A DNA stretch of 64,000 nt from Podarcis filfolensis (lineage: Eukaryota), in the NCBI GenBank assembly GCA_964270895.1, contig OZ185436.1; one strand, given 5' to 3'. Under the pieces are notes generated by a model. The model had not been told where the DNA came from. It ran no database searches and was given only the letters and a program-made list of their open reading frames with translations. Below are positions 23,320 to 35,060 of this stretch, piece after piece (position 1 is the stretch's first letter; each line of letters opens with the position of its first letter). A program made the position numbers and the translations under genes.

Positions 23320-25006
23320 TGCGTGTGTGTGAGAGAGAGAGAGAGAATGAAGAGGATAGGAAAGCTAGAATGAAGAGGTGGCTGAAAGGGATAGAGTGTA
23401 CTAGAAAGGGATGAGGCAAGATACTGGAACATTCCTTTCACCTCAGCCTCCTTCGTGGTATTTCATGGGCCTTTTTTTTTTTTTTTTTGCTAACAATATA
23501 TGCTGGTGGTGATAAAAACAGAGCTACAGTAAGGTTTGCAGAAATATATCTGGAACAGCAAGAAGGATTCTACAAAATGTTTTCAAAGGAATCTTGAGCT
23601 CAATTTAACCTATAAGTTGGGTGTGTAAGGCAAACTTTACTGCAGCATTCTGTTCACCAGCACTTTTTGTGAACTGTGTTGCCTTTCCTTGTGCATACAC
23701 TGCTACCACACCAGAGGTCTGTGGCTTGCATGTGCAGGGGCTGATGGCCTAGTTTAAATGTGAAGCTGGTGTATGGAACACTCCATAGCTGAATTCTGTC
23801 TTGCCCAGTGTTATGTTTAAATTGGGCCTCTCTCTTTAGAAAATGGTTCGGGCCCTTTGCGGAAGTATTTGCATACAGCTGTATTGGAAGTGCTGTTAGA
23901 GAATGTGTTTTGTTTTGTCTTTTTGTTTAGAGGGGAAACTGGTTTGGCAAGATTATTTTGTTTGTTTCCATTGCCTTTAGATCTATAACCTGCCTTTTTT
24001 ACATTAAGGAAATACATTAACTCTGAGTAACTTTATGCATTTTAAATTAAACAAGGGTTTTGGGTCTTTTATGTAAGGTCCAGTTCATAAGACCATGAAA
24101 TTACACAGAAATTACACAGAAAGGACACATGGACTAATTTTTATGGCTGTGCATTTTGTTTTACTGCTTAACTAAGTCCTGATTTCCATTGCGCATTGAC
24201 AGTTGTTTGTGGCCACATAATAGATGTACATCTATTGAAACATTAGGAACTGGACATGTAGTGAAAAAAACTCATTCTGTACACCTACATTCATTCCTTT
24301 TAAGGTAATATGAACTGACCTTCAGTCTTGGGCAGAAGGATTAATTGGGTTGTTTTGCATGTTAACTATAGAGGATGTATAAGTGACTCCTGCAGAGAAA
24401 ATGTGCAAGTTCCCCTTTGCACAGTGCTTGGATGCATGGAAAAAGGATGTGTGACTCACACTATTCCTGCGTCTTGGTAATGTGCAGAATAGTTTATACA
24501 CTTGCCTATTCTAGGTTTAATAAAAAGTATTGGGCTGTGGTCTTTTTTCCGTGTGTGTTCAGTAGATAAGAGATCAATGATAAAACCACTGTAATCTGAC
24601 TGTTGTAGCTTTGAAACCCAAATGATCAATTTCCGTTTGCCTTTCTTAATTTTTTCAGAAGTCGGAAGATATGCATATGTCTTACTTGAAATGTGAAATG
24701 CCCAAGTCTAGGATCCACAAATATTTGTATCAGTTCAGAAAAAAAACTTATGCATGCCTCTCTAGCACATATTTCACATAGTTGTGTAGAAGGCATGTAC
24801 AGCATAGCTGAGATCTTAAAAGGGTGCTCTAGTTACACTTCAGAACATAGTGGAGACAGCTGCCAATGCCAGATAAAACCATGAAACTGTGATACCACAG
24901 TCAGTGAGCATGCCAGTAGTTTTGCATGAATTGTTATGGCGTCATATTTCCCCTTATTTCTTGAGAATTAAAAAAAATTCAACTTCCTTTCCCCCCTTGT
25001 CTTTAG

Positions 25007-25120
25007 CATCAAGAGATCCCCCCAACCACTTGAGGAAGATGAAGATAAGGACCAGCGAACAGTGACCATCAATCCTTGTCACATGGGAAAGGCATTCAAA
25101 GTCATGAATGAACTAAGGAG
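25007..25120 (+). CDS. KLHL3: KLHL3 exon 2
   Basis: ttag|C ATC AAG ... NPCHMGKAFKVMNELR AG|gtactt; 114 nt. Confidence 0.95.
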
Positions 25121-25381
25121 GTACTTCTTGTGCTCAATTTGCATTGTCATGCCCTTGCCGCTTGTTAGTTTGAACAGGAGGCATCTAAGCTACATGTTTA
25201 CTTTGTAAAAAAGAGGTTCCGTTCAAGCATTGCTTTGAAGCAGGGTTGTGTCTCAAAATACAAAGTTCTGTGTCATGTCAGTCTCCCAGATCACACAGGT
25301 AGTTCTCACACAAGGATGGTGCTTTTATGCTAGTGTGGAAAGTTCTTACGTTATTCAGATCAGTCGCTTGATGCAAAACTT

Positions 25382-25560
25382 CATAGGAACATGAAGAGCT
25401 TGCTAGATCAGGCCAGTGGCCTATCTATAGTTCAGCATCCTGTCCTCACAGTGGCCAACCAGATCCTTGTGGGCGAAACTGTCAAGCAGGATTTGAACAC
25501 AAGAACATTCTCCTCACCTGTGGTTTCTAGCAACTGATATTCAGAAGCATTGCTGCCTCC
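25382..25560 (-). mobile_element. CR1 LINE 3' end
   Basis: gaagagcttgctagatcaggcc...cagcatcctgtcctcacagtggccaaccagat...ttcagaagcattgctgcctcc. Confidence 0.7.
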
Positions 25561-26533
25561 AGTGTTACTGATGTGACGTTATTGGTGTGAGTGTTGTGAT
25601 ATTGAAGTCAGCCACAGGAGGATATCAAGCATATTATAAGTATGATATTTGAAATGGCTTGGAATTATTCTACTTTCAGTACAAATCAAGATAGTTGACA
25701 GGTTATTCAGTAGAAAGAAGCAAGCATAGTATTATATGTTTGGAGGCCTTTGCTGCTGCTTCCCTTTACACAAACATGCTATAAACCCACTTAAACATTT
25801 TCAAATGTTCCCACAATAAAAGAATCTCTCTTTAAATAAAAAGAATGCTCAGTGTGCTTTTTCATTTGGTGCAAATCACCACATAATCAAGATCTCCAGA
25901 AGATTAAAGCTATTTAAAAAGTGATAATCTAGTGTTACGCATATTACAACACCTACGCCTAATTGCAAAGAAAAATGGTTAGTGCAAATTGATTTCTGTT
26001 TGACTACCAATCCTTTTGCACACCAGTTAGAAATTTCATGTTGGCTAAAAGAGCCTGTTTAGGTTCCTATGTTATTCTACTGTTAAGTCTATTTTGTTTT
26101 AAATACCACAATTCCTTGTTCAGTCCATCATTGGCCCCACATTTGTCTATAAAAATTGGCTCTAGGGTAAACAATAATCATGTATGTAATTAAGATAGGG
26201 GTCTGTGTGTCTGAGTTTGTCATCTTTTCTTGAGCTTAATCTGATTACATATCTGCCTGCCATACATTATTTAGAGATGCAGTAAATAAATCCAAAATGT
26301 CTCTGTTGTGCCCAGGATAGATTAAAGAGTTATTTGTGGGTCAGATATTTATTCCCTGCTATCCGATGAGATTTAGTTTCTCATACATAAAAGTGATTGA
26401 CTTTGATTGGCTCATAACAGATTTGTGCATATCAACATGTGCAGCAAAATCTTATTGTATTGCCTATGATATGGTGGATACTATATGCAGATCCCCTAGG
26501 AAGCATAAATTCAAGGCAGCCATTTTGGCTGCC

Positions 26534-26632
26534 TTCCTGCAGCCAATTGGAAGCTGCGCCGTGGTTTCCGGACATTTTGGAAGTTGAATAGACTTCCAGA
26601 ACAGATTCCGTTTGACTTCAGTGGTATGACTG
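26534..26632 (-). mobile_element. Half copy of the 16784 MITE family
   Basis: Reverse complement aligns to 16784-16881 (cagtcatacc..gaagtcaaacggaatc...attggctgcaggaa). Confidence 0.75.
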
Positions 26633-28866
26633 TTCTTGAATTGCAACACACTCTGACCATGACAGGAGTATAGCACTCTTCAGAGGTGGCTGCGGAATTG
26701 CTGCAGATGCTATAATGCATAAAGGCTTGCCAACCAAATTGCTGGGCAAAAATTCCTTGATAATGATCCAAATGGTGGTGTGCTTTTAAGCGTTATGGCA
26801 ATGCTATCAGATGAACACATGGAACAGCAGCTCCCCGCATCATGTCCGTAATGTCAAAAGGGGCATCAGCATTATGTGAAGAGTCCTACCCCCCCCCCCC
26901 AATTATCTTGGGGCTGATAGCTTCTACTTCTAGTCTGCTGTCACAGAACAGGAGGGGACTGGAGTAAAGTTGCTTATGTGCCTGAGCACTTGGCTGCCTA
27001 AGTTATGTGGAATATGTACTTGGAGTGATATAATATTAGCTTATTCCTTTTGTAACTTGAGTGCAGTGGGGGATAATGGGGGAGCGTATGACAGTGCTGC
27101 TCTTTGTGGAAACTAATGGCTTCTCTTGTGCATGATGCCCTTTTGAACATGTAAGACTACAGCTGCCCTTAAGCCTCTGTTGTCTCTTTCCTTGTGTGCT
27201 TATTACCGATTTATGCTTTTGGCTCCCTGCTGCTGCTGAGCTGTAGTAGAACTAAATTGTGGCATTTGCTTGAATGCCTTAAATCTGTTGTTTTTAGCAA
27301 AGGCTGATTTCCATGGCAATATTACGCACATGGCAAGTCTGGACCAGTGAGAACTTAATGATAACTGGGGACAGGCGAGTGGGGGGGGGAGCTGCACTTT
27401 ACTCCATACGTATATCTGCTGGGTCAGCCAGTGGCCATTCCTGTAGGAGGTCAAGCGGCCACAAATGCATCGGGTCCCTTAGTTTATAAGATTTCAGGCA
27501 GAGTCCCTTGCATTCCTCTCCTCCCCACACTGTAAAGTATATAGTGGGTAGGTATTATGTCAGTAACAGGTGCTTCCACCTTCCCATTTAGCTTGGAGTT
27601 CCAGGACTGGCTAGTGGCAGTGATAGCAGCTGTGCTTTGAGCCTTCAGTGTCACAGAGGATGGACTGAGAACAGGTGGCCCTTGTCCAGACATGGTGACC
27701 TTGGTAGTGGAAAGCCAGCAAGAGGCCTCCTTCTTGGCTTAACCTGTGGAGTCCCCTCCTTTCCCTAGCTGTTGTGTAGTGTGCTAGACTTGTGTGCTGC
27801 AAGAACCCTAGTGGCTAGGATACTATTTTAGGGAATCAGTGGGGGGTGTATGGGGCATGGGAGGGAGGAGAGCTTCCTTACCCCTTTCTATTGTGTTGCC
27901 TGTTCTTTACTATTCATTCTCCGTATCTGCTGCCTCTCCACCTGGGATATCCCAGTGGCAAGTCCTTTTTGTGTGTGGCATCCCCAAGCAGATAATGCAC
28001 AATTTGAGCTACAGTGGCCTTTGCTGCTGCTGCCCACTAAGTCCCTTTGCAAACCCCTTGTACAGGGAACATGTACAAACTAGAAAGGCTGGGAGGGAAA
28101 TAAGTTGCCAACATCTGCTTCTTGGCAGCCATCGCAAATGGTCTCTTCCTCCTAGCAGGCCTATTGGTAGCAGGCATGGCAGTGTTGGGAATCATCTGGT
28201 GGGGGGGGCACTGGTTCTCTACCATTAGTGTGTGGTCTAGCCTCTGTTTTGAGGACAATGCAGGAGGTTTGAGGTAAGTGTATGTTCTCTTCGGGGGTAA
28301 TTTTTTTTGGAAGGGCTTGAAGAGGGAGGCGACTTAATGCAAGACTGATGAGGCTACTGCTGTGTTACCAACTGCTTTGAATAAAAGACAAAGCCCCTCC
28401 AAAGATGTTTCTTCGTGCTATTCCCATTTATTTAAAAATTACTTGACATCCAAAATGGATTACTGGTCTTAAGACACCTACACATAATTACAGAGGAAAA
28501 AAACCTTTTGCATAAGCTGTAGATATAAATATATTCAGCTCAGTATTCATCAAAATGGATGAAGTTTTTTTTAACAGTTCTTTGTATGTTTGAGCACTTG
28601 GATCTTGAATTCACCCACATATTGAAATAAGATTTGCGAGACTATAACCTTGAAATCTAGCTAAATTGTCATGTTTGTTAATTAAAAATGAACTGAATAT
28701 TCCAGAGGGCTGCCTATAGAGGCTACAGCAAGCACCTCCCCATCCCCCTTAATAGTGCTGTATAGCAGAAGAGTCATTCAAGGAAACTAGACCATTTCAA
28801 GTCTGCATATAGAAAGTGCAGTTTGGAAGCACGTTCTGAAACCATGATTTTTTGGTGTCTTCACAG

Positions 28867-28973
28867 CAAGCGGCTTCTCTGTGATGTGGTGATTGTTGCT
28901 GAAGATGTTGAGATCGAAGCTCATCGTATTGTCCTGGCAGCCTGCAGTCCGTATTTCTGTGCAATGTTTACAG
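28867..28973 (+). CDS. KLHL3: KLHL3 exon 3 (BTB domain)
   Basis: cag|...[36 protein letters not shown]|gt; 107 nt. Confidence 0.97.
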
Positions 28974-30385
28974 GTATCTTTGGGCCTTTGAGCAAATAAC
29001 TGTTATTTGCTGATTAAAATATATTTGGAGTCAAGCTATGTGTTGGGTGCTAGTGTAGGGTGCAGATTCTAAGATGCAGATTAGTTCTATTTGGTATCCA
29101 TTAGGGTTTGAGTATAGGCCTGTGACTGTTTTTAAAGGTGTTCTGTATGGGGGGCAGGGGGAAGGGAACATGAGGTTTATAATTTACTATGTGAACAGCC
29201 ATTTGTGCGTTTCCAGATAATGTATCCAGCATTAAGAGCATTCATCCCAGACTTTATTGTACTGGTGAGGCACGTCAAAGATCGGAGTAAGCTCCATAAT
29301 GGAGACCATTTTCATGTTAAGGCTACCATGGGCACGGGCTCAAGTTTGTAGGTGAGCCTGAGGCTGAGATTTGAGGGATAATTTGTGGGGATTCAGCCTG
29401 TGTGCTGCCACTGCTTCCTGCAAAAACACCACCACCACATTTACTTTGCCTCCCTTTTTTTACTTTGTCTCACCCTCTGTATGTAGCAGCTTTAACATGT
29501 GAACTAGTCCTTAGGAATTTTGCTACAAGAGAACAAAAGACACTGCATGGGGAATAACACAGATTTTTGAATGACTGTTTTACAGAAAATGGTTTGGTAA
29601 TTAATTTAATTGTGGAAGTATATAGCATCATTAATATATTTTACATCTGATAGCTTGCTTTTGAGGTAAGGTGTGGATTTTCTGCTTTCGCAATAACTAT
29701 TGCAGTTGCAAACCATAGTTACTTTCCTCATTGTTTAAGTGGCGAGTGGCAAAATAGACAGACATCTGTGTACTCATCTCATGTGACATGCAACATGTGG
29801 GGTCCATGTAGGGTTCTGCTTTTAAAAAAATCAGATGTAAGATGTAAGATGCTTGTCTTGTGGGAATTGGCCCTTAGAAGTAGCAAGGTGCTAGTTTAAA
29901 GTGCATTTTAATAGCTGTGCTGATACTACTTGTTCAGGTTGACTCCTGCAAAGGTGAAATGTAGGTAAGGACCTAAATTAGTGAGCAGTTGGTGGATCTG
30001 GCTCTTTAAGGACGCCTTCTGGCCCCAGAGTGAAGATGGAAGAGGTTGGGACCTAATCCTAATCACCACTGGGTCACTTTAAATTAAGGTGCACCAGTGG
30101 CAACCACTTCTGTACTAATCTTAATTCAAAACAGCAGGACAGGGGAGGTGAAAGTCATGTGGTTGCCATGCTACCATACCATTATCCCTTTCTGCTTCTT
30201 GATTAACAATAAACTAAGTTAAAAGATGCTTATGTGGTTGCCAAGCAGTGACACATGTGATTGCCCCTATTTCATCCCTTCTCCCTTTTAATACTCACTA
30301 CGGAAGCCAGTATGAACTTGTAACAGCAGCCTCTTCACAGTCCTTCTTGGCCTAAGATGGCAGGAACAGAGGAAATATTCTAGTA

Positions 30386-30870
30386 ATGCATGCACTTTGT
30401 AGCCAGAAGGTTCCATCCCTGGGATCTCTAGTTAAATTAAACAGGTGAAGGAAAAGGCCTTCCTCCTTGCCTGAGACCCTGAAGAGCCAAATTAATGAAT
30501 GTTAAAATGTCTTGGGTAACGCAAAATAGAATTGCAGTGACAAACAATTGGATATGAGAAAAAAGATTAAAAGAAAGTGCTATAAGAAATTGAAATTAGG
30601 GGTTGCTGGAATAATTTAAAACAGGGATGCAGAAAGGGGAGGTATGGGGAAGTCGCTGAAAGAAGGTCTAAGGAAAGAAAGGTCAAGAAATTATACGCGT
30701 TTATATGTCTGTTTGTTTATGTATTGTGTTGTATTGTCTTTTAATATGTGTTGGAAAACCAATAAAAAATTTATAAAAAAAAAAGAGACCCTGAAGAGCC
30801 ACTGCTAGTCAGAGAAGACTGCAGTGGGCCAGATGGGCAAATTTTCTGACCATGTATGAGACAGCTTTAT
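30386..30870 (+). mobile_element. tRNA-derived SINE (Squam3-like), interrupted
   Basis: Same family as 34337-34532 (gcagaagg.tcc...cctgagaccctgaagagcc.ctgc.agtcag). Confidence 0.55.
30490..30784 (+). mobile_element. 5'-truncated polyadenylated retro-insertion (probably an L1 3' UTR)
   Basis: AATAAA, A10 tail, perfect 17-bp TSD GAGACCCTGAAGAGCCA (30473-30489 and 30785-30801). Confidence 0.8.
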
Positions 30871-30884
30871 TATGGGTTCATTTA

Positions 30885-31135
30885 TTTATGAATTCATAAT
30901 CTGTACTTCCATAACAAAAATAGCAAAGGGGAATACTGCATATAAAAACAAAATCAACAGAAATATCAATGAAAAGGCATAAATAAATTCTAATTGGTTA
31001 AAATAAAAGAAATTCATGTTGTAGAGGCCTGTCTAAACGAAATACATCTAAAGGCAAGGAGGAATGGTTCCTGCTGAACCTCTACTGGTAGGCAGTTCCA
31101 TAGGGCAGGGCCTGCCACCCTAACAGTTCCTTTCG
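30885..31135 (-). mobile_element. Degenerate L2 3' end
   Basis: Minus strand reads VAGPALWNCLPVEV, matching the L2 C-terminal motif; reverse (TTTA)n tail. Confidence 0.5.
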
Positions 31136-31669
31136 AATTGCCATACTTCTTCCACCAGTGAATGAGATCGAGGAAAACTGTGACCCCCTCAGTTCAGTGT
31201 TTGGCCCACAGGCCAGTTCAGTTCTGATTTAGTTGCTGACTTCTGACCTTCAGCTGCATAAAATGACAGAAAAGAGGGGAAATTATACAACAATTTAATA
31301 AAACCTAGTCTCAAGCTTTCAAGCACAACTGATCTAAAGTTAGAGGTATTCAGCTATTGTACGAATACATCAAATACACAAATAGCTCAAAAGAGCCTTG
31401 CCTGACATCAGCGCTCTCTCTTTCTATAGCACTTATAAAGAAGAGCCCGCAAAAATAAATGCAGTATGAGCTCAAACGCCCACCCTCAAGCTGCTCCCTC
31501 CATGGATGGGGTGGCAGCTTGTGAAATTGATAAGAGATTGCAAATTTTTCCTCTTAGTAAGAGGACCAATTGCAGCTCCTCTGTTACAGCCCCAAACAGC
31601 TACCTACATCTAGGACTGTATATATTTCACAACTAAGCAATTGCACTGCATACATTGAGTTGGCTTGCA

Positions 31670-31865
31670 TATTACACCGATCCTAGCTGGACTACACTGG
31701 CTGCCAATTAGTTTCTGGGCCCAATTCAAAGTGATAGTTTTGACCTATAAAGCCTCAAATGGCTCAGGACCGCAATACTTCAAGGACCGCCAAACCCCTC
31801 ATAAATCAATCCAGACCCTGGGATAATCATGTGAGGTCTTTCTATGTGTGCCTCCTCCACGAGAG
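31670..31865 (+). mobile_element. L2 fragment ~95% identical to 12833-13028
   Basis: Manual alignment gives about 10 mismatches in ~195 nt. Confidence 0.85.
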
Positions 31866-31949
31866 ATACGGGTATTTCAATCTTTCAAAAAAATAAAGAA
31901 CACTTGGTATTTTGCAACACTAAAAAGCAGGGGATGGTATTTCTTAAAA

Positions 31950-32060
31950 CAGACATGGCAAACCTTTGGACCTCCAGAGCTTGTTGGACTTCAACTCCCA
32001 TCATACCCAGCCAGCATGGCCAGTGGTGAGTGATGGAAATTGTAGTACAGCAACATCACT
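31950..32060. mobile_element. Small palindromic squamate MITE (hAT-like)
   Basis: gacatggcaaacctttggacctccag...ggacttcaactcccatcat...gatggaaattgtagt. Confidence 0.6.
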
Positions 32061-33009
32061 ACCTCAGAAGATGACTCCAGCCATGGAACACTGCAGGTTG
32101 GAGGTGTGCCTTCCCTCCTCAAATGTCAATTGCCCTGGGTCACTAGTGCAGGTGACCATCCGACCATGTCGGCAAATGTAGGGAATCCTTACCACTCGGT
32201 TAAGACAGGAGTAGAACTGTGAAGCTTGACACTATCATGCTAGTAGAACTTGTAATAGAAAGCTATTAATTGAATTTGCAACTTCCATCATAATAACTTC
32301 TATTGTTTCGCACACATAACAAAGAGAAAAGCCATTCAAAAGTACATACATTTGGTACAACTTGCAGTGGACACCAGATATTCTGGCCTGTCCCTTATAC
32401 AGACCTCCCATTTGAAGGCTATGTCACAGAATACAGACATGGATGTACTTTCCAATGGAACGTACTACTGCAAAATAAATGCATGGAATCTTAAGATACA
32501 TGCAAGTTACCAATTCCTTTCTTTTGTAGACAGGTTTTCTTCAAAGGAAGAGCAATCCTATTGAGTGTGTATAATGATAGTAGCCTGTTGGCTTCTGTTC
32601 CTTTTAAGAATGTAGAAAAGGGAACAAAGAATATTTCTGTCTTTCTTCATGGAAGAGTATCAAACAGGGCCAGCTGCTTTAAAACATATTGTTAAAAAAA
32701 GAAAAGAAAATTGGCTTTTTAATTCTATGAACTGTAGCCATCTGTTCTCAGAGCTGTGCAGCAGAGATGCCTTAACTTGCCAAACAGATTTTTAAAAGTA
32801 ATTTTGAAAGTGGGAATCATAAACTTGGTAGTATTTATTAGACATCTAGAAATGGGATCACTGTTTAGAATGTGCTAAAAGTATTTTTGTTTTTGTTAAG
32901 ACAGATAGGTAGAAATTTATCCACATGCTCAGTTGAACCTAAGGGGTGGGGGAAATAGAAACACAAACCACATTTTTGGGGGGGAATTATTTTTAAAATT
33001 GAATTTCAG

Positions 33010-33131
33010 GAGATATGACTGAAAGCAAAGCAAAGAAGATCGAGATCAAAGATGTTGATGGACTAACCTTAAGTAAGCTGATTGATTACATCTACACCGC
33101 TGAGATAGAGGTCACAGAAGAAAATGTTCAG
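33010..33131 (+). CDS. KLHL3: KLHL3 exon 4
   Basis: GDMTESKAKKIEIKDVDGLTLSKLIDYIYTAEIEVTEENVQ|gtgagg; 122 nt. Confidence 0.97.
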
Positions 33132-33795
33132 GTGAGGAGAGCTTAAAGGTGCCTTTTTAGTAGTGGCTCCCTTCCTGGGGAGATCGATAAATTGAATTAA
33201 AAAAAATTATTTTCCAAGGCTTACCGTGAGTGATTTCCTGCCTTTTCTTGTACATAGTTTTTATGATGAACTTGCTTTAGTGTTTTACTTATGTAAGTTG
33301 CCTTCATAATTTTTCATTTTTAAAGGTGGGATTAAAATGACTCCAATAATAAAAGATTACCTAGGAATTGAAGTTAGAGATCTTTCAGGATGTGCCTGGA
33401 AATCAGGTCATATCACCTTCATAACAACCATTATGTTCAGCAGTAGAATTCTGCTATGTTTCTTTATAAAATTAAATTATGTTCTACACGTCTTCCCTAA
33501 AGAGGGCATCTTCTGGGTAGTCACATTGTAACTGAATGGCAAATTTGATGTTTAAGGTAGCTTTCTACACACATTTAGGAGTAAGTCTATAATATGTGGG
33601 AAATACTGTGATTACACTGGTAATAATTTTTTCTTCATTCTCCAGCTGTCTCTGCTTAGATTTAGTATTCTAGGGGCAAAAATATTGTGCATTTAAAAGA
33701 TTTTGTACAGCATTGGTGTAAAACCAGGAATCAGTAATGTTACACTACTGCAATTGTAGAGTGAGAGAGAATTTAAGAGCTTATATTCATGGTTT

Positions 33796-34143
33796 GGGAT
33801 GTGGGTGGTGCTGTGGTCTAAACCACTGAGCCTAGGGCTTGCCAATCGGAAGGTCGCGGTCCAATCCCTGCGACAGGGTGAGCTCCCGTTGTTTGGTCCC
33901 AGCTCCTGCCCACCTAGCAGTTCGAAAGCACGTCAAGTGCAAGTAGATAAATAGGTACTGCTCCGGCGGTAAACGGCATTTCCGTGCGCTGCTCTGGTTC
34001 GCCAAAAGTGGCTTGGTCATGCTGGCCACATGACCTGGAAGCTGTCTGCAGACAAACGCCAGCTCCCTCAGCCTATAGAGCGAGATGAGCGCCACAACCC
34101 CAGAGTCGTCCGTGATTGGACCTAATGGTCAGGGGTACCTTTA
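33796..34143 (+). mobile_element. Sauria SINE, full length
   Basis: ggga.g.gggtgg.gctgtgg..taaacc...gcaagtagataaataggtac...gacctaatggtcagggg(t)accttta. Confidence 0.9.
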
Positions 34144-34164
34144 TCAGAAGATTTTACATTGGGG

Positions 34165-34285
34165 TAGCCAACTTGGTTCCCTACAGATGCTGTGGTCTAC
34201 AATTCCCAGCAGCCAGCTTAGCCAGTAGTCGGGGTGGTAGGAGTTGTAGTCTGAAGCATCTGAGAAGCACCATGTTGGCTGCCCT
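34165..34285. mobile_element. Small palindromic squamate MITE (hAT-like)
   Basis: gtagccaacttgg...cagatgctgtggtctacaattccc...ggagttgtagt...gcatctgag...gttggctgcc. Confidence 0.55.
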
Positions 34286-34336
34286 ATTTTCACTTAACCC
34301 TCAGAGCCCTTTGAGTTTTTGGAACATATTAACCAA

Positions 34337-34532
34337 AGCTTAGTAAGAGAGCATGTGCTTTGCATGCAGAAGATTCCAAATGTAATCCATGGCATCTCAG
34401 GGAGAGCTGGGAGAGACCCCTGTGTGAAACCTTGGAGATCCATCCACTGCTGGTCAGTGTAGACAGTGTAGACATTACTGAGCTACATGGACCAATGGTC
34501 TGACTTGGCGTAAGGCAGTTTCTCATGTTCCT
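34337..34532 (+). mobile_element. tRNA-derived SINE (Squam3-like)
   Basis: tRNA-like head (agagcatgtgctttgcatgcagaag) and tail (gagctacatggaccaatggtctgac...aaggcag...atgttcct). Confidence 0.7.
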
Positions 34533-35039
34533 TGGTGGGTTATAAGAAGATCATGACAATCACTTAGGTACAAGTTAAGCACCCTGGGTCAAAGCACTTT
34601 AACTTATATCAATGCCAGTCGTCTGTGTTTTGATAATTTGGATTTGGCCCTTGAAAAGTGATATGGCTGAATGCTTTACTGATATAATTGTTGAAGATCC
34701 TGAACTCTGTTTTAATGGACAGGCCTGCTGCTGAAAGATCATGTGGATTCACAAGTAATGCGCTTAGATATTTGCACTTTGAGTATTTTTAGTGGAAACA
34801 TTGCAGGCCAGTGCCACTTTGTCCCAGGGGGTCCCTGCTCTGCTATTTAATACAAGTATTCCCAACCCAGTTTAATTTCTGTCACGGCTGAATAATTGTA
34901 TCAAGTGCTGTAGAGCAGCAGTCATTTGGCTCCAGACATTTATGTAACAATTTAGAATGTTTGAAGAATTTCACATTCAGTATATAAGCAATCTGTGGAA
35001 TTTTAAAAGTTAATTATTATTGTTCTTATATGGGGTGGG

Positions 35040-35060
35040 GTGTGTGTGTGTGTGTGTGTG
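35040..35060. repeat. (GT)n microsatellite
   Basis: Read directly from the sequence. Confidence 0.9.

Noticed and set aside
33263-33380. Possible C/D snoRNA (ATGATGA box C in intron 4)
   Set aside because: No CTGA box D or terminal stem at a suitable distance.
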